From the NCBI GenBank assembly GCA_030390025.1, contig CM059439.1, positions 12,090,001-12,154,000 of the forward strand: 64,000 bases of DNA, written 5' to 3'. Of the stretch, positions 37,767 to 50,731 are shown piece by piece. The notes beneath the pieces are model-generated. The model was not told where the DNA came from. It ran no database searches and saw only the letters and a list, made by a program, of their open reading frames with translations. Each line of letters opens with the position of its first letter. Position 1 is the first letter of the stretch. The stretch comes from Squalus acanthias (taxonomy: Eukaryota). The translations under genes and the position numbers were made by a program.

Positions 37767-38705
37767 TAAGTTTTTTTTTCTCTTTTTCGAATATTTATCC
37801 ACGACTCTCTTTTAAAAGCTATTATGGATTCTGCTTCCACCAGTGGCCGTTTGGGAATGAAGTGCCAAAGATGGTGCTAAGCAGATAGCTCATGGCTCCA
37901 AATTCAGTACTGATTGACCAGGAGACAATTTAAAAATGGCTCAAATTTATAATGACGAATGGGACTCGTGATTTTGCCAAGTTTAACTCCCATTTTGCTG
38001 TTGTAAGTGAGAATAGTAGACTTTCATCTCTGGTTACTTTTGTGTCCTCTTCTGTGTGTATGTTGCTATTTTTTTTTACAATTTCACAGGCCGTCGATCT
38101 TCAGCTTTACTGCCAGCTTCAGAAATAATCCATTATGTTCTCTTTTTTTTTGTTTGCCTTGAGTAGATACTAATAGGGGAAGGGAAGCGATGAATTATAA
38201 CTCACGAGACATGAAGATTTTATTGGACCAATCTAATTGTGGAAATGATCCTGCTCCCTACTCCAGTCCAGGTTCAGCAATGTCTCTAATCATCTAATGC
38301 TGGTTTCCTAAAACCTGCATTTCACCTGGGTGGATTATCAGACTCTGCTGGAGATACTGGATGTTTTTTTTTTAAAAAGACCAACCATTTTCCTCAACTT
38401 AATTTCTGTGCTCAAGCATTCAGTCCCACGTACCCTTGCATGCACACACTTTCCTGATCTGACTGTGAATAAAACCAGATTTGTTTTTCCTATTGGTTAG
38501 TTGTTCACACAAGCAGCTATGGGCACCAAGAACTTTTAGTGCTGTGACTTAATGGGACCCGTTGAGTAATGTTCTGCCAATTCATTTTGAATTGTTCTCT
38601 TACAAGATGTGGATCTTCCTAGTCTCATTCAGTGTTCCCATTTCCATTGATTGTTATTCCACTGGACATTTTAACTGATGGGAATTCTAACCTACATTGG
38701 CATCT

Positions 38706-38799
38706 GACGAAAGGTCATCGACCGGAAACGTTAACTCTGTTTCTCTCTTCGCAGATGCTGCCTGACCTGCTGAGTTTCTCCAGCATTTTCTGTTTTTAT
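38706..38799 (+). mobile_element. Short PLE-terminus insertion with hammerhead core
   Basis: CTGACGAaaggtcatcgaccgGAAAcgtt at 38704-38732; TSD TTGGCATCT at 38697-38705 and 38800-38808. Confidence 0.75.
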
Positions 38800-39308
38800 T
38801 TGGCATCTTCACATTTGGGTTACTTTTGTAAACATTTGACTTTTATTTTCCTCTTGGCAGCAACTTTGAAAGTAATGCGTCAGAAAGAGCTGGTGTCATA
38901 AACTCCCATGTGTATTTTTAGATTCCTTTAGCAGTGTTTACTGTCATCTATGAATCAGTGCCTTGTAGATTATAAAGCCACTGTATGTTGTGGCTGCTTC
39001 ACTAATTATATCCCATTTAAGGGAATGCCTTGGGGGAACTATAGCTGGATGGGAGGGGAGGGGTGTAACTCAAGTGAATGCAATCTAATTGGAGATCTGC
39101 TGTCCAGATTTAAAGAGAGCAAGATAAATAAGTCCCTGCACTATCCCTATGGTTTTGGTGATCTTGCTGTGTGCAATTGGATGACTTTTTTCCTGTGTGT
39201 GGCGGTTGCATTTTTCTGAATGCCTAAGTCTCTACCCCATTTCTGATGTATTTGCCTGCCTGTCTGTGCCTCAGTATGTCCCTCTCCATTGCAACCTCCC
39301 TCCCTGTC

Positions 39309-39790
39309 CCAGTATGCCCCTGTCCATCTCCATACCAAGTATGACCCTCTCTGTCCCAGTATGCCCCTGTCCATCTCCATACCAAGTATGACCCTCTCTG
39401 TACCAGTATGCCCCTGTCCATCTCCATACCAAGTATGACCCTCTCTGTACCAGTATGCCCCTGTCCATCTCCATACCAAGTATGACCCTCTCTGTACCAG
39501 TATGCCCCTGTCCATCTCCATACCAAGTATGACCCTCTCTGTACCAGTATGCCCCTGTCCATCTCCATACCAAGTATGACCCTCTCTGTACCAGTATGCC
39601 CCTGTCCATCTCCATACCAAGTATGACCCTCTCTGTACCAGTATGCCCCTGTCCATCTCCATACCAAGTATGACCCTCCCTGTCCCAGTATGCCCCTGTC
39701 CATCTCCATACCAAGTATGACCCCCTCTGTACCAGTATGCCCCTGTCCATCTCCATACCAAGTATGACCCTCTCTGTACCAGTATGCCCC
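39309..39790. repeat. 47-bp minisatellite, ~10 units
   Basis: Unit CCAGTATGCCCCTGTCCATCTCCATACCAAGTATGACCCTCTCTGTA starting at 39309, 39356 ... 39779. Confidence 0.95.
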
Positions 39791-40301
39791 TCTGCATCTC
39801 AATATCCCTCTCTGCACTACTTCATATGAACAGAGGAAAAGAAGGGTGAGAAAAGAGCATTCGATCCATCAAACCTTCCCCATCTAATAGACGGAGTAAC
39901 TCCGTGCGTTATCTTCTCACCGCCTAGTTATGGTATCTCCTGGGAGAAACAATATCATAGTCATAACGGCACAGAAGGAGGCCATTTGGCCTATCACGTC
40001 CATGCCGGCTCTCTAGAGCAATCCAGTCAGTCCCATTCCCCCACTTTATCCCCGTAGCCCTGCAAGTTTATTTCCTTCAAATATAACAGGAGAAAAAAAA
40101 AACCTGTGGCCAATTCAGGAAATGTTAGATACTCAGAGTTTTACAAGTTCAACATACATTCAGAAAGGATAAATTATACATGAGGACAAAGTGATGCTCT
40201 GTCTACAGCCCAAGAATAAGAACAAAGGGCATCCTTAATCTTGTACCCTGTTCAAATCTTTATTATAGGGCAGCAAAGTAGCTGTGAACATTAGAGTCTA
40301 A

Positions 40302-42795
40302 GGCCGAGATTTTCCGGGGGAGTCAGCGGGTACGATCGGTGGCGGGTCGGGTGGGAAAGTTTTTTTCCCCAGTGGGTCGGGACCCTGCTGTGAACCCGCT
40401 TCCACGCGCCTTTCCCAACGTCGGGTCTGTCAGCGCTGAGCAGATCTGACAGGCAGCGGCGGGGGACCCAATTCAGGTAATTATGACCTTATTTAGAGAT
40501 CATTAAGAATACATTTGAGCTCACCTTTTGATTTTACGTGCTTGCCCACGGGGTCCTCGCTGCTCGGGGATCACGTCTGTCAAGCTGAGGCGGGAGTTCA
40601 GTGGCCAGTGAATCAGCTGATGAGTTGACAGCTTCAAATGTAAAGTAAAAGCTCCCATCTTGCAGAGATATCTTCCCTCAGCCACAAGCTCTTCCTCACT
40701 GCATTTCCACAACAGATTCACCATGCTGCAAGTCTTTACACAAGTCTCCATCCAGTCTGACCTCATTACCTCTCTCCCCATTAACATCGCTTCTGTCATT
40801 TCTACTTCACCTGCCATCTGTTCCATCAGCATGGGTGCCCTTTATACTCTCTCACCTTGGTCCTCAGAACCCCACCATGATCAGCCCCAACACCAGCATC
40901 ACCAGCAACAACACCACCAACCTTCTCCGCAATCACCTGAGGCTGCACAGGAGAGAGGGCATCAGCACCCAACCACATTGCTGCCAGGGATGGCCTCGCT
41001 ATGGCCAGATTTACTTCATTTGACGCTGTACACCCTGGCTGCCACTTGATGTGCCAGGTTGGCACCACTCCACACCAACACCATAAAGCATCCCTACAAC
41101 GCCCAAGCCATTCCTTTCACACTCATCACCATTGCGGGTGGTACCGTTATGTCTCACCATTCACTGCAACTCACTAAGCCACTTCCAAAGGTGCACACAA
41201 ATCTGTCCAAGAACGCAAAGTGTTGAAAATAAAGGTTTCAATGTTTGATAGCACATTAACAGAAACTTTACATGGACATTACATAAAACACCCAAGTGCC
41301 TACCCTTGTGTGTTGTTAGTTGGTATGATTGCATTAGGATGAGGGTGAGTGTGAGGGGTGGCTCGTGAGATGGGGATGTGATAATATAGATAGAGAGGGA
41401 TGGGTGGAGGTGCAAGGTAAGTTGGTGTGAGAAGGATGTGCAGGAGTAGGGTAGGGAAGGCAGAGTGATGGGGATGTGATGAGAGGCACAGCAGGATGAG
41501 GTTAGAACATAAGAACATAAGAAATAGGAGCAGGAGTAGGCCATTCGGCCCTTCGAGCCTGCTTCGCCATTCAATGAGATCATGGCTGATCTTCTGCCTC
41601 AACTCCATTCACCGGCCCTATCGCCATATCCCTTGATGCCCTTACTAGTCAGAAATCTATCGACTTCTGTTTTGAATATACCCAATGACTGAGCCTCCAA
41701 AGCCCTCTGGGGTAGAGAATTCCAAAGATTCACCACCCTCTGTGAAGAAATGTCTTCTCATCTCAGTCCTGAATGGCCTACCCTTTATCCTGAGGCTGTG
41801 GCCCCTGGTTCTAGACTCCTCAGCCAAGGGAAACATTCTCCCAGCATCCACCCTATCAAGCCCTGTAATAATTTTGTATGCTTCAATGAGATCCCCTCTC
41901 ATTCTTCTGAATTCAAGAGAATACAGGTCTAGTTTACTCAATCTCTTCTCATATGACAGTCCCGCCATCCCAGGAATCAATCTCGTGAACCTTCGTTGCA
42001 CTCCCTCTATGGCAAGTATATCCTTCCTTAGGTAAGGAGACCAAAATTGTACACAGTACTCCAGGTGTGGTCTCACCAAGGCCCTATATAATTGGAGTAA
42101 GACTTCTTTACTCCTGTACTCAAATCCTCTTGTAATGAAGGCCAGCATACCATTTGCCTTCCTAATGGCTTGCTGCATCTGCACATTCACTTTCAGTGAT
42201 TCATGTACAAGGACCCTTTGAGCATCTGCATTCCCCAATCTTTCACCATTTAGGAAATACTCTGCCTTTCTGTTTTTTCTACCAAAGTGGATAACTTTGA
42301 GTGTGGCTTTGTACTAACGTTTCGTGATCTACTGAGATCATTGAAATGTTTGTGGCACTGCCCCCAGGTCCTCCTGACCACATCCCTGCTTGTGCCCTCC
42401 TCTGCAATGTGCAACCAGGCTGTGTTGATCTCCTGGGGTGGTCTCTTCCGCCCATGGGAAGGGAAGAGGACCTCCCTGCGTGCTGTGACTCCCTCCATAA
42501 GCATATGGAGGAGTCATGGGAGAGCCTGGGTGCAGCCCTGTGCCTTTGTGCAGTGCTTGTCAGTGTTTGCAGCACCTCAATGCTGTAGAACACTGACAGC
42601 ACAAATGTCAAATTAAAGTTGGCCATGGTCCCTTTTAAGGAAGCCGGCTGATGACACATCACCCGACCCACTTCCTAGAATTGGCCAGTTAACAAGCTCC
42701 ATCAAGGGAAATTCATATCCGACAGTGGGCTGGAGCCAGCAGCGGGGTCGGGATCCACCACCGACGTCGCCCACCACGGTTAGTAAATCCCGGCC
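40302..42795 (-). mobile_element. PIF/Harbinger deletion derivative with Myb/SANT ORF remnant
   Basis: TIR GGCCG(A/G)GATTT; TAA TSD at 40299-40301 and 42796-42798; - strand AAPRLS../VTARREVLFP...AWLHIAEE...RRTWGQCHKHFNDL. Confidence 0.8.
41504..42296 (-). mobile_element. Young CR1 (HER1-like) 3' fragment nested in a Harbinger derivative
   Basis: 193-aa ORF 41657-42238 (LYRALVRPHLEYCVQFWSP...TRGHSL) and (AAGAACAT)n tail. Confidence 0.9.
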
Positions 42796-44713
42796 TAAGA
42801 CGCTAGGTTTAGTAGCTTAGTCCTTGAAAGGATGGTGAGTCACACAAACTGCATCAAATTTGTGGTCTCATTATGTCGATGTTCCTTTTCTAATTGTGTT
42901 CTCTTCTTCATCGCTTACAAATTGTGTTGAAGTTTGATGGAACACTTTTCAGCCAGTGCTGTCTCACACTATTAACACTTTGTCATTTTGCTTCAGTGAT
43001 GAAGCTGCAGTTGACCAGGAAGTGCTCGGCCAAGCTGAAGGCTGAGCTTACTTTTTGCCGACTGGGACCTAGTAGGTAACTGGTTACACAAAAGAGTTGG
43101 TTGGGTACAAGATCTTATGCTGGACATTCCTGTAGTTCGAACCGTAGAATGAGTATTCTCATGACTACGGTTATAAATTCTTCATGAGCTGCAAATCTTG
43201 CACAATGTCTGTGACATTCTGCAGTCTGGGCCACCCAGGAATATTTAGTACCACAGGCCTGGATTACACTGAGAGACGGTAAGCAAAAGGTAATGAATTA
43301 ACCTGGCTGTGGGAGAATAAATATAAAATCAATCACTCTCTCGTTCTCACTCACGCACGCACCAGAAGGCAGTTGAATGGGTTCAGTTGTGGTGCCTTTG
43401 TCTCCTAGTTGAGACCTGGTATGTAGTGATTAATTTTTACTTTTCCGAATCATTCTAGTTGGCACCAAATCCGTTCATTCCTATGGAACAGAGAAGGCCA
43501 CAGTCGTAATGGTGCATTATTTAAAAAGTCTGTTCCAATTTTGGAATGGGTTTGGACATAACTTGTTCCGTGAGTAATTTATTAGAATGTGCCCTTGGAC
43601 TGTTGGGTCAGGATTTGGTGCTGTGCCGACCGCCAGCTTCTGAGCCACTGACCCCATTCCAAATCCTGGGATCGGGGTGATGTGCATAGGGGGCACATGC
43701 CCGTGCCATCTGCAGCGTGACTGGGGTGCCCGTGCCAGCGGGGGAGGAGCAGGAATCTGAGTGGTAATGTTGAGGGCTCGGCTGTTCAGATGAAGAGGCA
43801 AAACAATGTTCAAAAAAAAAATTCTACCATTCTAAGAAAGAAAATTTGCATTTTTTTAGCGCCTTTCATGGCCCCAAAGCTCTTCACAACCAATGAATTA
43901 CTTTTGAAGTGTTGTACAGTAGGGAACTGCGGCAGCCAACTTGTTCACATTAAGGTCTCACAAACTGCAATAAGATAAATGCCAATTACTGTTTTAGTGG
44001 TGCTGGTTGAAGGATAAATGTTGGCCAGGAGACTGGGAGAATCCTCCTCTCGCCTTGGTATCTTTTATGCCTATCTGAGGGGTCACACGGTGCCTCGGTT
44101 TAACATCTCAGCCAAAAGATGGCACCTCCAACAATGCAGCACTCACTCAGTACTGCACTGGTATCACACACAATACATTCTCGTAATACAAAGATATTAA
44201 TGCTGACTTCTGTATGAAGCTATCTTTCATTATTCCTCACCGGATGTTCTAAGCTATCTACCGAATCACGCCTAATGTATATTTGCGGTTTCTACATTTC
44301 TACCTTTACTGTAGCCCAACTAAGCTAACCGTCCCCTGATGCGCTTTACCTATGCCAAGCTGTTAACTTATTATCATACACTCTTCTACATGGATTATGG
44401 ACGCAATCAGCAATTAGGTTTGCCTTACTGCCTATATTTCACTATCTTGGGGGCGCCTTTGTGCCTTCCTTCCCCTAGCCCACTGGGCGAAACTTCCTCT
44501 AAGGTACCCCCCTGCCCTAGCCCTGAACTCGCATTTCTCTCCGATCTCCCCTCATGACCTCTCCGTGCTCACCTTGTCCATGAGAGCCACTTCCTGCTCC
44601 CTCGACCCTATTCCCACCAAACTGCTGACCACCCAACTTCCTTTTCTGGCTCCCATGTTAGCTGACATTGTTAATGGTTCTCTCTCCTCAGGTACTGTCC
44701 CCCTCTCCCTCAA

Positions 44714-45048
44714 ATAGAAACATAGAAAAATAGGAGCAGGAGTAGGCCATTCGGCCCTTCGAGCCTGCTCCGCCATTCAATATGATCATGGCTGATCCTC
44801 TATCTCAATACTATATTCCCGCTCTCTCCCCATACCCCTTGATGCCTTTTGTGTCCAGAAATCTATCTATCTCCTTCTTAAATATATTCAGTGACTTGGC
44901 CTCCACAGCCTTCTGTGGTAGAGAATTCCACAGGTTCACCACCCTCTGAGTGAAGAAATTTCTCCTCATCTCAGTCCTAAATGTCCTACCCCGTATCCTG
45001 AGACTGTGACCCCTCGTTCTAGACCCCCCAGCCAGGGGGAACATCCTC
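44714..45048 (-). mobile_element. CR1 (HER1-like) 3' fragment nested in L2
   Basis: - strand ORF RMFPLAGGSRTRGHSLRIRGRTFRTEMRRNFFTQRVVNLWNSLP, typical of the CR1 C-terminus; short tandem-repeat tail. Confidence 0.85.
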
Positions 45049-45942
45049 ATCATCTGCCGTCATCCCCCCCTCCTCAAAAAAACAACCCTTGATCCCTCCG
45101 TCCGTGCAAACTACCGCCCCATCTCCAACCTCCCTTTCCTCGAACGTGTTGTTGCCTCTCAAATCCATGCCCATTTTTCCCGCAATTCCATGTTTGAATC
45201 CCTCCAATCAGATTTCTGCCCTTGCCACAGTACCGAAACTGCTCTCATCAAAGTCACAATGACATCCTTTGTGACTGTGACAAAGGTAAAATTTCCCTCC
45301 TCATTTGACTTGTCTGCAGCCTTTGACATGGTTGACCACTCCATCCTTCTCCAACGCCTCTCCACCATCCTCCAGCTGGGTGGGGCTGCACTCACCTGGT
45401 TCCATCCATATCTATCTAATCATAGCCAGAAAATCACTTGCAACGGCTTTTCTTCCCACTCCCGCATGGTTACCTCTGGTGTCCCCCAAGGATCTATCCT
45501 TGGCCCCCCTCCTATTTCTCATCTACATGTTGCCCCTTGGCGACATCATCCGAAAACACAGCATCAGTTTCCACATGTACGCTGACGACACCCAGCTCTA
45601 CCTCACCACCACTTCTCTCGACGCCTCCACGGTCTCAGACTGCTTGTCCGACATCCAGTTCTGGATGAGCAGAAATTTTCTCCAATTAAATATTGGGAAG
45701 ACCGAAGCCATTGTTTTTGGTCCCCGCCACAAACTCCGTTCCCTAGCCACTGACTCCATCCCTCTCCCTAACATCTGTTTGAGGCTGAACCACACTGTTC
45801 GCAACCTTGGTGTCATATTTGACCCTGAAATGAGTTTCCGACCACATATCCGCAGCATAACTAAGACCGCCTATTTCCACCACCGTAACATCGCCCGTCT
45901 CCGCCCTTGTCTCAGCTCATCCGCTGCTGAAACCCTTATCCA

Positions 45943-46237
45943 CACAGAATCACAGAATCCCTACAATGCAGATAGAGGCCATTTCGGCCCATCGAGCCTG
46001 CACCGACACATATCCCACCCTATCCCCCTAACACTAAGGGTCAATTTATCATAGCCAAATCAACCTAACCCGCACATCTTTGGACTGTGGGAGGAAACCG
46101 GAGCACCCGGAGGAAACCCACGCAAACACGGGGAGAATGTGCAAACTCCACACAGACAGTCACCCGAGGCCGGATTCGAACCCGGGTCCTTGGCGCTGTG
46201 AGGCAACAGTGCTAACCACTATGCCACCGTGTTGCCC
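45943..46237 (-). mobile_element. HE1-type V-SINE (tRNA head, V domain, CR1-derived tail) nested in L2
   Basis: GGAGGAAACCGGAGCACCCGGAGGAAACCCACGCA..GGGGAGAATGTGCAAACTCCACACAGAC V-domain; B-box GGTTCGAATCC on -; tail shared with CR1. Confidence 0.85.
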
Positions 46238-48363
46238 ACATCCATGCCTTTGTTACCTCTAGACTTGACTATTCCAATGCATTCCTGGCTGGCCTCCCAC
46301 ATTCTACCCTACGTAAACTTGAGGTGATCCAAAACTCGGCTGCCTGTGCCCTAACTCGCACCAAGTCCCTTTCACCTATCACCCCTGTGCTCGCTGACCT
46401 GCATTGGCTTCCGGTTAAGTAATGCGTCGATTTCAAAATTCTCATCCTTGTTTTCAAATCCCTCCATGGCCTGGCCCCTCCCTATCTCTGTAATCTCCTT
46501 CAGCCCCACAACCCCCCGAGATATCTGCGCTCCTCTAATTCTGCCCTCTTGAGCATCCCTGATCGTAATCGTTCAACCTTTGGTGGCTGTGCCTTCTGTT
46601 GCCTAGGCCCTAAGCTCTGGAATTCACTGCCTAAACCTCTCCGCCTCGCTACCTCTCTTTCCTCCTTTAAGACGCTCCTTAAAACCTACCTCTTTGACCA
46701 AGCTTTTGGTCACCTGCCCTAATATCTCCTTATGAGGCTGGGTGTCAAATTTTTTTGTCTTTTAATACTCCTGTGAAGCGCCTTGGGACGTTTTACTACG
46801 TTAAAGGTGCTATATAAATACTTGTTGTTGTTGTATTTTATTGTTGCTCGCCTGGGATTGTAACCACTGACATAACTACAGCCTGGAAATTGCTATTGGT
46901 GATAGTGCGGAGAAACTCTTTAACACTTTCATATGACGGTCATTTTGTTAACTGTTTAGTGGAGGTGTTAATCCATTTAAAATAAAGTAAACTTGAAAGA
47001 AGAAAAGGCATCAGCCAGATTTAAAGTAAATAGGTTCATGTCTGTTCAAATAGACGACAAGCGAAGCCATTAGTTTTCTAACGTTGCCAGCCGCGGTTTC
47101 TAGGTTTTTATGTGCATGTCCTGTTGTACATTTGCATCTGTTTAGCAGTTAACGATATGCATTGTTAGCTACCGTGCCCTTTACCCTTTGTGTAAAAGGC
47201 TGCCATTTTGTTATTCATTTACATATATGCAGTTACCCATTCCACTTGTTTGTTCTCCCAGCCAAGAGCAAAGTCAAAGTAACGATGGTGGTGAGTTTGT
47301 CCCCCTTTGGGGAAAACTATTTCATCCACAATCATCACTGAAGCAAATTTAACAATGGCACTTTAGAGTGGTAGTACAGCTGCTTGCGCTCTCCATATAC
47401 GAATGCTCCCTTCTCGCTCCTTTATTCCAGCAAGACATTCTGGTTTAACGGCCCTAATAGATTTTATAGAATCTTGTATGCTTTTGAGGTAAATCTTAAA
47501 ACGCTATAGAAGTTTCACTCTGTCAATGTATTGGGCCTATTAAAAATGTAAGTCGCCTAAAATTCTTTGGGGATACGGGGCTTGTGTTTTAAAACCCAGT
47601 TCTTGGCTACCATCTTGAATTATTGGTGGCTATCGCCACTGTGAATTGGAGAATGTATCTTGCGTGGGAAATGCTGAGCCAGCTGATAGAATCAAAAGCA
47701 CGGAATGAAATGAAAAGAAAGGAATCAAAAGAAGAAGGATTAGAGGATTATTTGAGAGATCAAAGGAAATATGCTGTTAATTGGTTAGTGATGGGTGCAA
47801 TATCCTAACCCGCTCTGATTGAAAGGAGAGACTAATAACTAGAAGCAAACACATGGGCAGCACGAAGATAGAGAAAGCAATCTTGGGCCAACAGCTTTAA
47901 AGGGGCACAGCAGCTGTACCACAGGCTGTCGGCATACTGGCAGGGTGTCCGTTACTGAAACCTTCATCCATGCCTTTGTTACTTCTTGATGTGACTATTC
48001 CAATGCTCTCCTGGCCAGCCTCCCACCTTGCACCCTCGTAAACTTGAGCTCATCCAAAACTCTGCTACCCATATGCTATCTCGCACCGAGTCCTGTTCAC
48101 CCATCACCCCTGTGCTCGCTGACCTACATTGGCTTTCGGTCTGGCAAAGCCTTGAATTTAAAATTCTCATCCTTGTTTTCAAATCCCTCCCTGACCTCAT
48201 CCCTCCCTATCTCTCTGTAACCTCCTCCAGCCCCACAACCCTCTGAGATCTCTGCGCTCCTCCATTTCTGGCCTCTTGGTCATCCCCGATTTTTATCGCT
48301 CCACCATTGGTGACAGTGCCTTCAGCTGCCGAGGCTCTTAGCTCTTTAATTCCCTCCCTAAAC

Positions 48364-48382
48364 CTCTCTCTCTCTCCCTCCT

Positions 48383-48424
<42 letters not shown>
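48364..48424. repeat. (CT)n microsatellite within an L2 fragment
   Basis: Directly visible. Confidence 0.95.
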
Positions 48425-48428
<4 letters not shown>

Positions 48429-49859
48429 CTTAAAACCCACCTGTCCTAGTCTCTCCTTATGTGGCTCGGTGTCAAATTTTGTTTGATAATCATTCCTGTG
48501 GAGCGCCTTGAGACATTTTACTACATTAAAGGCGCTACACTGGCTCTTGGAATGTGTCATATACCGCCAATATTATCCAGTCTGCCATTTGAAGAGAAGA
48601 GAAACACTTCTACTGCCCCTCATCTTTCCCCCTCCATCTATTTTTTTTCCATACTCACTATTTGAAGTTTTATTTTTGTATTGTTTCTTTCTTGTTTTAG
48701 AATCTATAGGTGTGCACTTATTTTTCCTGCACTGAGACCACGGTCCAGATTTTCCTGGGGACTTGTGCTACTGTAATGGCGCATCTACGATGTAGGGACC
48801 CTTGACTGGCTCAAATGAAAGAGGAAATTGTGGAGTAAGTAACTTCTGCCATTAATTATGCCACTCCATATTTTCCTGGGACCTTTTGTGCCGCTCCAGT
48901 GTTTCCCTCGTGGAAAACAGTGAGAAGGTAATTATCATAGCTCCGCCCCTATTGGGTCAATGGCGATCGCCACTCGACTGAAAAATAATGGTGCTGACGG
49001 CCTGGCATTCTCTGGTTCCATTTAAATGATGCGCTGATTTTGATACCGCACAATACTAAGCGTTGTACTTGCAGTATTGCACAAAACAATATCTACACAA
49101 TACACTAAATGTTAAATATACAACAGTACATTAAGCACTATAGCGGATTCTACATGTAGTCTCAAAATGCTATACTATAATATACAATACTATACTAGAA
49201 CAGGTGTATACCGTACAGTACTAAGCATATCTGTATAGCACAATATTAAACATTATTTTACAGTACGATATTAAATGTAACCATACAGAGATATTTCGAA
49301 ACTGTCTATAGACTATTGCACTAAATATATAAGATATTAAATTAAACACTATAAATGCAGGACTACAAGATGAATGCTATATCACTAAACATTACACACA
49401 ATACTATACTTACACACTACCTCACTGAATAGTTTCTATACAGAAGTGTTTATTTTATGGTATTGTACAACAGGTGTGTACAACAACTTTCCTTATTTTA
49501 CTTAATTTTAACATGGCATTCCATTTAACTAAATTAAGCAATACAGCGTCAGCAATGGTAACCAGTAACCAGATTAGCGAGAACAATCGCGGTCTCGGAG
49601 TTTGTACGCCTGCCTCCAACTCCCTTAGGTTTGCATTCATAAAATAGTTGTCCTTTTGTGCATAAGACGTAGAGCTCATCCACAACCACTGGCCCAGCTA
49701 TAAAGCTTCTAATAATACGTTCATGAGAATCTGAGGCAGCAACTTGCGTAAGTTGGATACATTTGGATCTGCAATTCTAGGTTTAAAAGAAAATGATCTG
49801 CCCCAACTTCATTAATAAGCTGCCTATGAGTTAATAATGGGCTAATGAGGCGCTAACTT

Positions 49860-50564
49860 CGTGCCCCAAATAGGGCTACTTTTAGCGCCCCAGAAAAATT
49901 AGCACCCCCGCGCCAGAAATTGAGTGGTTGCACCCCAAGAGGGAAGCGGGGCGCTACTGGAAGCGCCCCACATCCCTCTTGGGGCGCTGCGAGTCAATAT
50001 CGCGGCGCTGCGGCACGTCGCGCCACGGTATTGCAGGCCTTCCTCCCCTTCTTAAAGGGGAGGGGCCTTGTGCAGCGTGACCTGGGGCCCAGCTGGGCCC
50101 CCCGGGGATCAGGAGTGGCGGCAAAAGAGCCCGGCACTCGAAGTGCCGGGCTGTTGGAGCGCAGCCGGCACTCCCTGGGGGGGCGGGTCAGGAGGCCGGG
50201 GACGGGAGCGAAGGCAGGTAGTGCCAGGCAGCCAGCAACAAAAATGGCCGCCCTGCACCTCCCCTCTAAATAGCGCCTCCCCGGCTGCAGGTAAGCCCCC
50301 CTGACCCCATCGGACATGGCGTCCGGCAGTAAGTCGGGGGGCTCTCCCGAAGATCGCGGCCGGAGCGGGGTGCTGCGCACGGCGATGATGTCATCGCCAT
50401 CGACACAGCGCCGTGGGGCACTACCGGTTAGCGCTCTGCTAACCTCCCGCTGAATTTCGCGGGAGGCATGGGTGGCGCTGCACCCGGGCGCTATTTGCTT
50501 TGCGCCCCGTTAGAGCCCTCTTGGGGCGCTAACAGGAGGCGCAAAGCAACCCAATTTTCCCCCC
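49860..50564 (-). mobile_element. GC-rich MITE, same family as 2993-3725
   Basis: Ends gcaaagcaacccaattttccccc, the reverse complement of the 2993 terminus; left boundary uncertain. Confidence 0.65.
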
Positions 50565-50731
50565 ATTATCTTTACAAAAGAAAACTAAACTAAATAAAAG
50601 TTCAAAGAGGAACTGAAGAGAAAAGACTGTAGTGTAAACACAAGCTATTGGCAATTACTCAGCCTTTCCTCTGCATTACCATATTACAGTATTCAAAGTA
50701 AATTACTTTTCAGATGTTTAAATGTGTCCAA

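Larger units (their letters stand above)
44464..46833 (+). mobile_element. L2-clade LINE (disrupted RT) hosting nested CR1 and HE1 SINE insertions
   Basis: [32 protein letters not shown] motifs; (TTG)n tail at ~46822-46833. Further L2 3' fragments at ~12445-12600, ~28161-28250 and ~47957-48537. Confidence 0.9.

Noticed and set aside
39147-39817. Three overlapping repetitive ORFs, and a possible CRISPR-like array
   Set aside because: Head-to-tail 47-bp units with no unique spacers; a minisatellite in eukaryotic DNA.
43140-43172. Small hairpin AACCGTAG...CTACGGTT with inner ATGAG/CTCAT
   Set aside because: Short, single and imperfect; compatible with chance in 64 kb.
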